Positions 10,727 to 19,950 of a DNA stretch of 64,000 nucleotides are shown here, piece by piece. The DNA comes from Escherichia coli. Its GTDB lineage: Bacteria > Pseudomonadota > Gammaproteobacteria > Enterobacterales > Enterobacteriaceae. Both the position numbers and the translations under genes were made by a program. The stretch is taken from assembly GCF_030384885.1 (NCBI RefSeq), contig NZ_CP128613.1; one strand, given 5' to 3'. The notes below the pieces were generated by a model that worked only from the letters and a program-made list of their open reading frames with translations, did not search any database and was not told the origin of the DNA. Within the stretch, counting starts at the first letter, position 1; each line of letters starts with the position of its first letter.

Positions 10727-10802
10727 TGGCTCCTCTGACTGGACTCGAACCAGTGACATACGGATTAACAGTCCGCCGTTCTACCGACTGAACTACAGAG
10801 GA
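10727..10802 (-). tRNA. asnT: tRNA-Asn (anticodon GUU).
   Basis: The reverse complement reads TCCTCTGTAGTTCAGTCGGTAGAACGGCGGACTGTTAATCCGTATGTCACTGGTTCGAGTCCAGTCAGAGGAGCCA. It lies between mtfA and yeeJ. Confidence 0.95.
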
Positions 10803-10902
10803 ATCGTGTGAACAGGGCGCATGTTACTTAGCGGTACCTTGTCTGTCAACACTAAATTTCATAAGTCATTTCAATTGGTTAATTAATCTGCAAAGTTGTT
10901 AA

Positions 10903-11700
10903 TTAATGAACATTCGTCGCCGAAAACGAGTCTGTATCATTAGCGTGATGCAGTCTCTGCAAAGGATCTTGTTGATAAAATTGGCAGAAACGTTGCCACA
11001 ATGAAGGGAAACGAGGAGCAAAAAGCTCAGGGGCGCTAAAGAAATATTCAGAAAGTACGGCAAAACACTCAGCAGGATCACTGGCAGCATAAGCATCGAT
11101 GCTCGCCGCATTCTCACCGACTAATTCGATCTCTTCCTGAATGTTGTTCATTGCGGCATGAAGATCGTGTTCCCAGCCAGCAACCTCACGCAACGGAATA
11201 AAGGGAACTCCGCTGGCGCGATCGCCGTTACGGGTGTCCAGCTTATGAGCGACTTCATGAATAATCAGGTTAAAACCAGAAGCATCAAACGAATCTTGTA
11301 TATCCAACCAGTTCAAAACGATTGGCCCTTGCTGCCAGCTCTGACCTGACTGAACAATACGTTGGTTATGCACTAAACCGATATCGTCTTCCCACTCATC
11401 ATCGACTACAAATGGCGCAGGGTAAATTAAGACTTCATGAAAACCATCCAGCCATTCTAGCCCTAACTCCAGAACGGGCAGGCAAAATAGAAGGGCTATC
11501 CGGCAGCTTCTTAATGAATCCAGCTCAAAGCCCTGTAAGGGAACAAGCCGTTTTTGCTGTAAAAAACGTTCGGCAAGAGTGACTAATTTGCTTTGTTCCT
11601 GTTCTGTCAGGCACGTTAAAAGGGGAATCGATAGTGCTTCCTGCCAGGGAAGGGCAGTTTGATGTGCTGATTCTTGTACTTTCCAGGGCCACTTAATCAT
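10903..11700 (-). CDS. mtfA: Mlc titration factor A (glucose-induced peptidase-like regulator).
   Basis: [23 protein letters not shown]... recognised as MtfA/YeeI. HEVAH zinc-peptidase motif present. Confidence 0.9.
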   Translation of the reverse strand: MIKWPWKVQESAHQTALPWQEALSIPLLTCLTEQEQSKLVTLAERFLQQKRLVPLQGFELDSLRSCRIALLFCLPVLELGLEWLDGFHEVLIYPAPFVVDDEWEDDIGLVHNQRIVQSGQSWQQGPIVLNWLDIQDSFDASGFNLIIHEVAHKLDTRNGDRASGVPFIPLREVAGWEHDLHAAMNNIQEEIELVGENAASIDAYAASDPAECFAVLSEYFFSAPELFAPRFPSLWQRFCQFYQQDPLQRLHHANDTDSFSATNVH

Positions 11701-11793
11701 CGTTTTGCTCGCAAACTCGTCACTTGAACAAAATTGCACGGACAGGGACTGTTAAAATGCCAAATTTCCTGGCATCATGGCAACCATCTGAAC

Positions 11794-11883
11794 GGAGAGA
11801 TGCCGGAGCGGCTGAACGGACCGGTCTCGAAAACCGGAGTAGGGGCAACTCTACCGGGGGTTCAAATCCCCCTCTCTCCGCCA
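11794..11883 (+). tRNA. serU: tRNA-Ser (anticodon CGA), 90 nt with long variable arm and encoded CCA.
   Basis: GGAGAGATGCCGGAGCGGCTGAACGGACCGGTCTCGAAAACCGGAGTAGGGGCAACTCTACCGGGGGTTCAAATCCCCCTCTCTCCGCCA. The anticodon loop is CT-CGA-AA. Confidence 0.95.
11870..11883 (+). repeat. attL-type copy of the island-flanking direct repeat (3' end of serU).
   Basis: CCCTCTCTCCGCCA occurs identically at 34279-34292. Confidence 0.65.
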
Positions 11884-12161
11884 ATCATTCAACAAAATCA
11901 ATCACTTACAAAGCGTTTTTGATTTTGTCATGCATAAATCCCTGCATTAAAATTCCTTTCGCTCGCTCGATTTTTCTTACTACTGATGCTGTTTTTTACC
12001 ATTTTGCTGCGCGTCGGGCATCCACTTTTATGCTCTCGAGTTCACACTCTTAACAACAACTTAGCCATTCCCCCGTTTCTAATGACAAAACAGTTGAACT
12101 TCAATTGTTCCAAACGGATCCTGTGAAGATATATCAAAGGAAATGGATTGTTGGAGGATGG

Positions 12162-13007
12162 ATGAAAAGAAGTGAAATCAGGAAAGCACTGGAAGCATGG
12201 TTTGATGTAGAACGCTATGAGGCGATAGAGAAACTCACCTTACAGCAGTTTTATGTTGAGGTTGAGCGGCGCATCTTGGCTTACAGAATGTTGTTGAGCC
12301 GGAAAACCATACCTACCTTTAACCGATTAATGCTGGATGATTACCGCAACAAGATCCTCAGCGGTGAAATCTTTTTCAGTGGTGATACTGCCACCATTGG
12401 ACATGAGCTTGCCAGAACCTATGCGGTAAACCCTACGACACGAAGCCATGCGCAATTTTATGCGAAAACCCTGTCATTAACCGAAGCCACGCCTGAACTC
12501 TCTGGGTTAAGCCAGTCTGAATTTCTGTCCGAGTATCTGAAAGAGACATCCCTTAATAATCTTTCACGCATTACTGTCGATATTCATCTGGAAGAAGCAT
12601 CAACCGAAGAGATCATTGAACATCTGAAAGTGCTGCTCCCCCAATGGAAGAGACAGCTCAAGATGAAGTCTCCAGCTCCAAGAGAGTATCGTTTTGGTAA
12701 AAGCACATTCAGAAAAATCATTGAATATCGTCTTATCCCGATGATGGACCTGATCTTCTGGGGAGAAGATAATGGCATTAAAATCCCGCTTTCACTGATT
12801 TCTTCGTTGCTTCACGAGGACAGTGACAACGATCGTGATGAAGGAATGCTCAAGGCTACAGATTACCCGTTAGCAATGGCTTTTCTGACTGACGCGAGCT
12901 ATCTGAAATCGCTTGAAGATTACATGATGGAAAACAACCACTTGAGAGACTCCCCGGTTGAAAAGCATGTAGAAGACGACAGGAATAAGAAAAAAGAAGC
13001 CAAGTAA
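12162..13007 (+). CDS. Hypothetical protein (281 aa), the first island gene after serU.
   Basis: Long ORF with GGAGGA 5-6 nt upstream of ATG 12162. No family recognised. Confidence 0.45.
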   Translation: MKRSEIRKALEAWFDVERYEAIEKLTLQQFYVEVERRILAYRMLLSRKTIPTFNRLMLDDYRNKILSGEIFFSGDTATIGHELARTYAVNPTTRSHAQFYAKTLSLTEATPELSGLSQSEFLSEYLKETSLNNLSRITVDIHLEEASTEEIIEHLKVLLPQWKRQLKMKSPAPREYRFGKSTFRKIIEYRLIPMMDLIFWGEDNGIKIPLSLISSLLHEDSDNDRDEGMLKATDYPLAMAFLTDASYLKSLEDYMMENNHLRDSPVEKHVEDDRNKKKEAK

Positions 13008-13213
13008 AAAGGGTTACGTTCGCTCCGTGCGAACGTGATCGCATCCAGTGTTAACCGTTATCTTTCCATTCGCTTCCCTTCGACATTTTCAAAAAAAACT
13101 TCTTTGAACGTCCCTAAATTGTCATAAGCAAAATCGCTATCATTGTTCACGTCGAAACAACATAGAGAAAACAAAATCTCATAGAGATTACTTACAATAA
13201 TAGAGGACAGACA

Positions 13214-13432
13214 ATGAAAGAAAATATTGAAACCAGCGTAAAACGATTTATCCGCGTTCCTGATGTTTTAAATCGGGTGGGATTCAGTCGCACGACCTTA
13301 TATGAGCGTATTAAGGAAGGAAACTTTCCAGACAGAGTAAAAATAGGTCCGAGGTGTGTCGCTTTTGTTGAAAGTGAGATTGATGAATGGATTGAAGCAA
13401 CTATTCGGAACTCACGCCAGAACGCTGCATAA
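13214..13432 (+). CDS. alpA: AlpA-family transcriptional regulator / excisionase-like HTH protein.
   Basis: RFIRVPDVLNRVGFSRTTLYERIKEGNFPDRVKIGPRCVAFVESEIDEWI is the typical AlpA/phage-Xis MerR-like HTH signature. Confidence 0.8.
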   Translation: MKENIETSVKRFIRVPDVLNRVGFSRTTLYERIKEGNFPDRVKIGPRCVAFVESEIDEWIEATIRNSRQNAA

Positions 13433-13501
13433 AAACAGAAACAAGATCTCGTGTCGAACAGGTAACTGTTAGCACAGGGCATCTTTTTACCCTTAACAAT
13501 A

Positions 13502-13804
13502 ATGGAGAAGATTATGAAGATTGAACTTATTACGACAAAACAGTTTATTGAACAAGCCGAATGTTATTTCAGGAACTATATGGACGGATTGCGGAGGAAT
13601 GCACCAGATGATTTTTATTATTTTCTCAACAATAAATACAATATGAATGACATTATGGAAAGTATCATTAAAAAAACACGGTATCATTTTTATGATGACA
13701 CCGAAGAAGGCAAAAGGAATCGGATTTATGGAGAAGTAAGCCACAGTAAGGTAAAGCAACACCTTCATCAGCTTTGGATTGTCTATAAGTGTGTATATCG
13801 CTAA
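13502..13804 (+). CDS. Hypothetical small protein (100 aa).
   Basis: ORF only. AT-rich, same strand as alpA. Confidence 0.35.
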   Translation: MEKIMKIELITTKQFIEQAECYFRNYMDGLRRNAPDDFYYFLNNKYNMNDIMESIIKKTRYHFYDDTEEGKRNRIYGEVSHSKVKQHLHQLWIVYKCVYR

Positions 13805-13847
13805 TACTACAGCATTTTATTTTAATATTAACCAAAAGGAAAAGCCA

Positions 13848-14144
13848 ATGAATACATTTAAAAATAAAAATACTGAAATCTTTTATGTTGTGTCCTTGCA
13901 TATCTACGCAGAGCTTTTTAACTCAAAGGATAAAACGACCAGTAATATGATTATAACGCATGTAATGGATTATGAGTTTGTCTGTAGGCTAATCGATCTG
14001 GCGATGAGGAATGCTGAGAAGCATCTTCTGAAAAAAGCATGGAAAAAAAACGCTGCTGAAAAACTGTCTGAGGTGGATTTTAAAGGGGTTAAGCAGGCAT
14101 TAGCCAAAATGCATTATACGGTTCTGGCGGAATCAATATGTTGA
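13848..14144 (+). CDS. Hypothetical small protein (98 aa).
   Basis: ORF with AAAGGAAAAG upstream of ATG 13848. It is followed by the hairpin CAGCCCC-TTCTT-GGGGCTG (14162-14180). Confidence 0.35.
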   Translation: MNTFKNKNTEIFYVVSLHIYAELFNSKDKTTSNMIITHVMDYEFVCRLIDLAMRNAEKHLLKKAWKKNAAEKLSEVDFKGVKQALAKMHYTVLAESIC

Positions 14145-14216
14145 TATGTTCTGACGTCTATCAGCCCCTTCTTGGGGCTGATAATAAATCTTATTTATCT
14201 ATCCAAGGAGCAAAAA

Positions 14217-14459
14217 ATGATTGATGAATTTCATGTGATGTATATGTATAAAAAAATCCAAGCAGAAGCCGCAACCACTGACATCAAAACACTTGAACAG
14301 CTTTTGAAAAAGTTCAGGAGCGTGGTTAACGAACGTCGTGAAGAATACTATCAGGAGATTGGTGAGAAAAAAGCGCGTAAGTTGAAAATGAAAAGAGCAC
14401 AAAGATTACTTGAGAAAATGGTATGTGACCGGGTTTCGCCAGAAGATCTCATTGACTGA
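14217..14459 (+). CDS. Hypothetical small charged/coiled-coil protein (80 aa).
   Basis: ORF with AAGGAG 7 nt upstream of ATG 14217. Confidence 0.4.
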   Translation: MIDEFHVMYMYKKIQAEAATTDIKTLEQLLKKFRSVVNERREEYYQEIGEKKARKLKMKRAQRLLEKMVCDRVSPEDLID

Positions 14460-14840
14460 TAAGTGTTCAACCAAAATTTTTTAGAATGTAGTATTACGAC
14501 CAATCGCAATAACATGTGGCATTTATGTATTCAGAAATCTGCTGATATGGAGGTCAACAGTTGTCTCGTGCATCTGCAACCCCCGTGGGATAATGGTGGG
14601 TGTTAACATCTGATTATCAAGAGAATGAGCATTCCCGAAGAAAACATAGAGTCTTTAAACGCGGTTTCGTTTGGTCATTGATGAAGATCTTCACGGGTAT
14701 GGCAGCCTATTTGTTTGTGAAAGAAAACATTATTTTTCAAATGGTTAGTGTAAATGATGATAACACGTCATGTGATCATAACTTATTGATCTTCTAGTTT
14801 TTTTGTGCATAATCCATAATATGAGTACTTAGTGGAACTT

Positions 14841-16682
14841 ATGATGGATTTTTTATATCAGGAATTAGCAAAAGCAGGGATAGCACTTTCTGTCAAAGAG
14901 CTTTTCACTCGCGTGGTATCTGCATGGGATAAAAAAAATTTAAGTGGGAAGCAACTTGTTAGAGAGTTGACTGGTTCAGAGGTATATCTGAACTATCTTG
15001 AGAAACATGTAGCAAGAGTGGTCCGACTAAGAACGATCCATAGTGCTGATTATGATATTCTGCTGACTAATTTATATCATCCATTAGGTATCACATCTTT
15101 ATCTCCCGGTGCAACTGAACATAAAGTCAATGACGGCTTCTATATAGAAAATCAACATATTACTAATATCATAGGAATAGCAGGGCAAGGGAAAAGTACT
15201 ATTTTAAGAAAACTGTTCATAGAACAAATAAAGAATGGAACAAAAATACCATTTTTTATTGAATTACGTAGAACTGGAAATGATGGGATCATTAAATCTC
15301 TTGAAAATACATTAATCAATCTTGGATTATACCCGACGTCCCAAGCAATTGATGAATTGTTATTTAGTAATAAAATATCTTTAATGTTAGATGGATTTGA
15401 TGAGGTCAACTCAAAGCAAAAAGATATTTTACTAAGTGAGATATTGATGCTAAACGTAAAATATGCATTGCAAGTAATAGTTACGTCGAGACCGGGTACA
15501 ACTGTTTGCAATGAACCATCAATTGTTAATTATAAAGTCGAAAAACTTAAAGAAAAAGACATACTGGCAATTATAGAAAAACTCAATACTAACAATGGAG
15601 TTATAGACAAAGAACAATTGCCGAAAATAAAAGATACAATTAAAAATAACAAAAATCTTGTTTCTGTGATGACTTCACCTATTCTGGTAACGCTTTTTCA
15701 TGTCTGTTATCCATTCATGGATATTATCCCCAATAATACAGTAGAATTTTATTCAAATCTGTTTATGACATTATATCTTCGACATGACAAAGTTAAAAAC
15801 TTTGACCGCGAAAAATCTTCCTCTTTAAGTCATAATGAAGCATATGACTGTTTCTGTACATTATGTTTTTACTCAATTTATACGAATAATCATGAATTTA
15901 CAGAGCAGTCACTAAATGAATATACAGAAAAATCAATGAAGTTAAAGGGACGGTTTGGTGAATGCAAAGCGGAGTCATTAGCTCAGGATTTTATTAATGT
16001 AACTTGTTTAATTCAGCGAGAAGGCTTTAATAAATATATCTTTATTCATAAATCGATTCAAGAGTATCATGCAGCAGAATTTATAAAAAATATATCATCA
16101 GATCAGAAAAATAAATTTTATAGTTTTCTTGTTGAAGATATTAAAAAAAATGAATTACGATTTTCTAATGTTATAGTATTCCTTAAAGAAATAGATGTCA
16201 TAGATTGTGCTAAATTCTTAATTATTCCACTGTGCGAATATTTTGGCGTTTCAAAATGGAATGCTTTGACCCCATTGGAATACAAGGATTTATTACGTAC
16301 ATTTTTCTCCGATACCTACATTCATTTATTTAATGACATTAATGATAAAGATATAATGGGGTTCAGTTCATTATCAGGGGTTAGTGGCTGGATGCAATTA
16401 TTAGATATCAGCGGCAATAATGATTTATATACGCCTGTGTTTGAAGTGTTAATAGATGAATCATTGTCAAGTGCGAATTTTAAAGATGTTGTAACCAGTC
16501 AAGATCGGCAAATGGTAAAAGTTTCATTTATGAAGGCAATAATACAATTAGGGATTGAAGACAAAATAGTTGAAGTGTTTATCAAAAATATTAAGAAAAT
16601 ACATAACGAAGTATATTGTGAAGCCATTAATAAAGTAAATAACGAGGATGTTAGTATTAAGGAGTTCTTTGATCTGATTTAA
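14841..16682 (+). CDS. NACHT-type STAND P-loop NTPase (bacterial NLR-like; candidate antiphage sensor).
   Basis: Walker A is IIGIAGQGKSTILRKL. Walker B is ISLMLDGFDEV. The NACHT-typical VIVTSRPG follows about 30 aa later. A C-terminal region of about 300 aa has no recognisable domain. The gene is very AT-rich. Confidence 0.7.
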   Translation: MMDFLYQELAKAGIALSVKELFTRVVSAWDKKNLSGKQLVRELTGSEVYLNYLEKHVARVVRLRTIHSADYDILLTNLYHPLGITSLSPGATEHKVNDGFYIENQHITNIIGIAGQGKSTILRKLFIEQIKNGTKIPFFIELRRTGNDGIIKSLENTLINLGLYPTSQAIDELLFSNKISLMLDGFDEVNSKQKDILLSEILMLNVKYALQVIVTSRPGTTVCNEPSIVNYKVEKLKEKDILAIIEKLNTNNGVIDKEQLPKIKDTIKNNKNLVSVMTSPILVTLFHVCYPFMDIIPNNTVEFYSNLFMTLYLRHDKVKNFDREKSSSLSHNEAYDCFCTLCFYSIYTNNHEFTEQSLNEYTEKSMKLKGRFGECKAESLAQDFINVTCLIQREGFNKYIFIHKSIQEYHAAEFIKNISSDQKNKFYSFLVEDIKKNELRFSNVIVFLKEIDVIDCAKFLIIPLCEYFGVSKWNALTPLEYKDLLRTFFSDTYIHLFNDINDKDIMGFSSLSGVSGWMQLLDISGNNDLYTPVFEVLIDESLSSANFKDVVTSQDRQMVKVSFMKAIIQLGIEDKIVEVFIKNIKKIHNEVYCEAINKVNNEDVSIKEFFDLI

Positions 16683-16893
16683 TATTTGAAATATGTTTTA
16701 ATTAAGTTGATCTGTTTTTATCTGGTTAACTATACAGAAATATCAAGGCACTATTACTTGGCAACAACCCATATAAAAAGGTATGTCCGTAATAAGATTT
16801 GAAAGAGTATTAATAGATTAATATGTATAATATTATTTTGTAACGAGGCTGACATAGTGAGAACAGGCAACCTCGGATCGTATACATAAAATT

Positions 16894-17298
16894 TTAGATG
16901 GCAAAGTCTTCCAGTGTCTTACCAGCTTCGATAGCAGCAGCGATTGCTTTAGGAGTACGGCCCTGACCCGTCCAAGTCTGCTCATTACCGTTTTCATCTG
17001 TATATTTGTATTTAGCAGGACGAGGAGCACGAGTTGATTTGGTTTTAGGCTGGGATGAACCAACTGAAGCGAGTAGTTCTGTAGGATCGATACCGTCTTC
17101 TAATAATTTCTGGCGGAAGGCTTCAAGTTTAGCCTGACGTTCTTCTTGTTCTTTACGGGCTGAATTTTCTTCCTCACGGCGATCTTCAACGATTGTGGTG
17201 AGTTTTTCCAGCATCTCTTCCAGAGTTGCCAGATCTGTTTCACGAGCCTGTGCGCGAAGTGTACGAATATTGTTCAGTGCCTTAAGAGCTTCACTCAT
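16894..17298 (-). CDS. H-NS family nucleoid-associated protein (island-encoded H-NS paralogue).
   Basis: [20 protein letters not shown]... forms the N-terminal coiled coil. The C terminus (...[36 protein letters not shown]) contains the H-NS DNA-binding TWTGQGRTP motif. Confidence 0.9.
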   Translation of the reverse strand: MSEALKALNNIRTLRAQARETDLATLEEMLEKLTTIVEDRREEENSARKEQEERQAKLEAFRQKLLEDGIDPTELLASVGSSQPKTKSTRAPRPAKYKYTDENGNEQTWTGQGRTPKAIAAAIEAGKTLEDFAI

Positions 17299-17454
17299 AG
17301 TATGTCATCCGGTGTTTTAAAATGGGCGATTAATAAAAATAATGCTTACGGTGCTGTTGGAAAAGTCAAAAAAACAGTCAGTAAATAATATAGTAAACAT
17401 TATCGTTTAAGCAATCTAATACATCTCATTTCACACGAATAGCATAGGGTCGTT

Positions 17455-17934
17455 TTACAGAGATATTTTCCTGCGCTTGTGGCTTGATGGTTCAAACTCT
17501 GACGAGATACGAGATAGTTGCTCAAGACTCTGTTCAATTGAACGCTGGAACTCCATAGCGGCTTCTGTACGCTGTTTTATGACCAAGGCAACTATTTCTT
17601 CATCAGTCTTTTCTGAAATAGCCTTACGGTATAACACGCGTTCGTTAAATAAATCGAGATTACCAGTTGATCTCGCTGATGTGTTAGCTTTTGAACTGCT
17701 GATAGGATTTAACTCGTCAATAAAGTATTCAATAAGAGATCCTCTCTTTTTTTCAAGTCTGCGAAGTTCGGTATGTGCAGACTTAAATTTTTGAGCCTTA
17801 ACCAATGGAATGTCATCGGAACGCAGTTTGCGATATTCATTTCTGTATTCTTCTATAGAAATATGATTTTTTAGTTCTTTGACTGTATTTACGTATTCGA
17901 TTAAATCACTGTTGTCTGTTTTTACTTTTCTCAT
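17455..17934 (-). CDS. Hypothetical charged, probably coiled-coil protein (159 aa).
   Basis: ORF only. The octamer repeat array lies 64 bp upstream of its start. Confidence 0.4.
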   Translation of the reverse strand: MRKVKTDNSDLIEYVNTVKELKNHISIEEYRNEYRKLRSDDIPLVKAQKFKSAHTELRRLEKKRGSLIEYFIDELNPISSSKANTSARSTGNLDLFNERVLYRKAISEKTDEEIVALVIKQRTEAAMEFQRSIEQSLEQLSRISSEFEPSSHKRRKISL

Positions 17935-17997
17935 AAGAATACCTCGTTAATAAATGATGGATATATTTATATTACGAGATATGGTGTTAGTGTCAAA

Positions 17998-18045
17998 TTA
18001 GCTCTTTAGCTCTTTAGCTCTTTAGCTCTTTAGCTCTTTAGCTCT
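17998..18045. repeat. Perfect tandem array, 6 x 8 bp (TTAGCTCT).
   Basis: Read directly: TTAGCTCT repeated six times without mismatch, between the RepL-like gene stop (18127) and the 159-aa gene start (17934). Confidence 0.95.
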
Positions 18046-18126
18046 GTTTCTCTCTTGGTAAGAAAATCCCTTTAGTGTAATAGGAGGTTATTACGGAGAT
18101 ATTTTTGCCTGTTTTTCCGCTGGTAA

Positions 18127-18684
18127 TTAATTTTTGTTATTCACTGTTTTCTTTTTGTCCTTCAAGTAATAAGTTTTCATGAAAGTTAAACGATCACCAT
18201 TAAACATATAGTCTGGATTAATAAAATAATAGTTCTGTATCATGGTCTCAGCAATAAATTTCTTGTCAGCAAGTTCTTTCATCCCTTTGAAATATGTCGT
18301 TCTTGATATTTTTACAATCTCTTGATCAACAATATCGAATGACATTAATATCGTATCTGTATCTTTATTGTCTCTAATAGCAAGATACAGTATCTTAAAT
18401 ACTTTCTTACCTGATGAGGATAAACCCTCAATAGCTGATACGCCATCCACATAAAGCTTCACGAACTGTGTCTTGTCTACTTCCATTGACTGAAAGAAAC
18501 CACCATGCCCAACCTGTTCTCCTGTATTTTCATTTACTACGGCTAAGCGGTCTTTTCCTGTTGTGATACGTCTGATACCTGTTTTTGTATGTATATTTGT
18601 ATCATTAAGGAATGGGTTTTTTACATGGCGAGGTAGACCTCTTCTTGATTTCTTTACTTCCGTTTGTATCTTATTTTCTATCAT
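18127..18684 (-). CDS. RepL-like / winged-helix DNA-binding protein (possible replication or maintenance protein).
   Basis: The pattern FVKLYVDGVSAIEGLSSSGKKVFKILYLAIR ... ISRTTYFKGMKELADKKFI ... YFINPDYMFNGD resembles the RepL-family layout I remember (F.K.Y...L..LS....KV...L, a wHTH, then INP....G). This is remembered similarity only. Confidence 0.4.
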   Translation of the reverse strand: MIENKIQTEVKKSRRGLPRHVKNPFLNDTNIHTKTGIRRITTGKDRLAVVNENTGEQVGHGGFFQSMEVDKTQFVKLYVDGVSAIEGLSSSGKKVFKILYLAIRDNKDTDTILMSFDIVDQEIVKISRTTYFKGMKELADKKFIAETMIQNYYFINPDYMFNGDRLTFMKTYYLKDKKKTVNNKN

Positions 18685-19095
18685 GGTACTTACTCCTTTA
18701 TTTTTTTAGTTATACATTTAAGTAAATACTATATTTTGCGTGCAAGTCAATACTTAAAGTTTATATTTTTTAAAATAACTAACACTTGATGTTTTTACGT
18801 ATAAAACTTGTAGTGCTACAGAATATATACAAATAACACTTTATTATTTTTATTTGAGAATAGTTATCAACTTAAGTACCGGGATTCGGGACTTTAACTC
18901 CCGAGAGTGCGTACTTTGTTTTAAGCTATAGCTGGCTTGAGAGCAGTTTTCTTCTTCATTATTCAAATAGCGAAGCTTTGGATGACATTTTAAAGAATAT
19001 AATATTGGAAATAGTTCTTCTTTTTAGTTGATTGGTGCCTTATCAAAATGGCACCAGTGGTGTTATCTGTGTTATTTTTCCTACTATGTTATTAC

Positions 19096-19143
19096 AGCGA
19101 AGTGATTGTTGTATACAATCACGAACCGCTGCTACTATCGGGA
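19096..19143. repeat. Copy A of a ~46-48-bp repeat carrying an inverted repeat (GTGATTGT...ACAATCAC).
   Basis: AGCGAAGTGATTGTTGTATACAATCACGAACCGCTGCTACTATCGGGA. It matches copy B at most positions. Confidence 0.7.
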
Positions 19144-19233
19144 CTGCTTGATTAATTTTACTTTAACTTTATATGCGTCTACGACGCGATCTTTTTTGGA
19201 TAAATCCAATATTAACAGGGGCAAGCCCTGTTC

Positions 19234-19279
19234 AGCAGAGTGATTGTTCGCAACAATCACGAAGTGCTGCTATCAAGGA
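19234..19279. repeat. Copy B of the same repeat (GTGATTGTT-CGC-AACAATCAC hairpin or palindrome).
   Basis: AGCAGAGTGATTGTTCGCAACAATCACGAAGTGCTGCTATCAAGGA. Confidence 0.7.
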
Positions 19280-19602
19280 TATAGTTTTCCTATACGTTTA
19301 AGAGCAAATGCTATATGTCTAAAGGGAAAAACTATGTTTAAACATAGGATCTAAATTCAGCATCATGAGGAAAAGAGATCAAACAATGATCGAGTACTTT
19401 TCTTTTTATTTAAAAAACAGGAGATGAATAAAATAAAAATATCAGCGTCAGGGCGTAGCCGTGCGTAAGCACAGAGATAAAGATCTTTTCAATAAGAAGT
19501 TTAATAATCAGTAGTGAAATCATAAATAAAATAAAAATATATTTGATTTTTACGCCTGCGATAGAGTATTAAACAGTAATAAAATAATAAAAGGAAAATA
19601 TA

Positions 19603-19872
19603 ATGAACAATACCAAAATGATCACTCTCTTCCATCCACATGACAAAACACCATTTATAATCTGTATTGTAAACAAAGTAGAAGATACAGACCACGGATT
19701 GAAATTAACCCTTGAAAACGGCAACAATATTTGTGTCAATAATTATAGTCATTATCTGTTATCAGAGTCTGTAAGTCGTTGCGATAAACACAGGTTAAAA
19801 AATATTTATATTCGCTTGGTTTCAGAACTCACGCAGATGAGTGAAAAAACTATAAATTCGCAAATGTTATAA
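19603..19872 (+). CDS. Hypothetical protein (89 aa).
   Basis: ORF with AAAGGAAAA upstream. No family recognised. Confidence 0.35.
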   Translation: MNNTKMITLFHPHDKTPFIICIVNKVEDTDHGLKLTLENGNNICVNNYSHYLLSESVSRCDKHRLKNIYIRLVSELTQMSEKTINSQML

Positions 19873-19950
19873 AATATCTATAAAGACATAATAAATATTT
19901 TTGATATTATGATTAGTTGCATGGTATTAAATAAAAACAGGAAAAATATC

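Noticed and set aside
11724-12053. ORFs 11724..12053 and 11734..11922 overlapping serU.
   Set aside because: They read straight through the tRNA-Ser gene and are spurious.
17998-18045. Possibility that the octamer array is a CRISPR array or a coding repeat.
   Set aside because: The units are contiguous with no spacers, the 8-bp unit is far too short, and there are no cas genes. No ORF spans the array.
19096-19279. Retron msr/msd, ToxI-type antitoxin RNA or other known ncRNA-based defence RNA as an explanation for the duplicated hairpin motif.
   Set aside because: There is no reverse transcriptase, no ToxN/AbiE-like endoribonuclease and no other partner gene adjacent. The copies are about 140 bp apart rather than tandem. 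It is kept only as a generic ori, operator or sRNA candidate.
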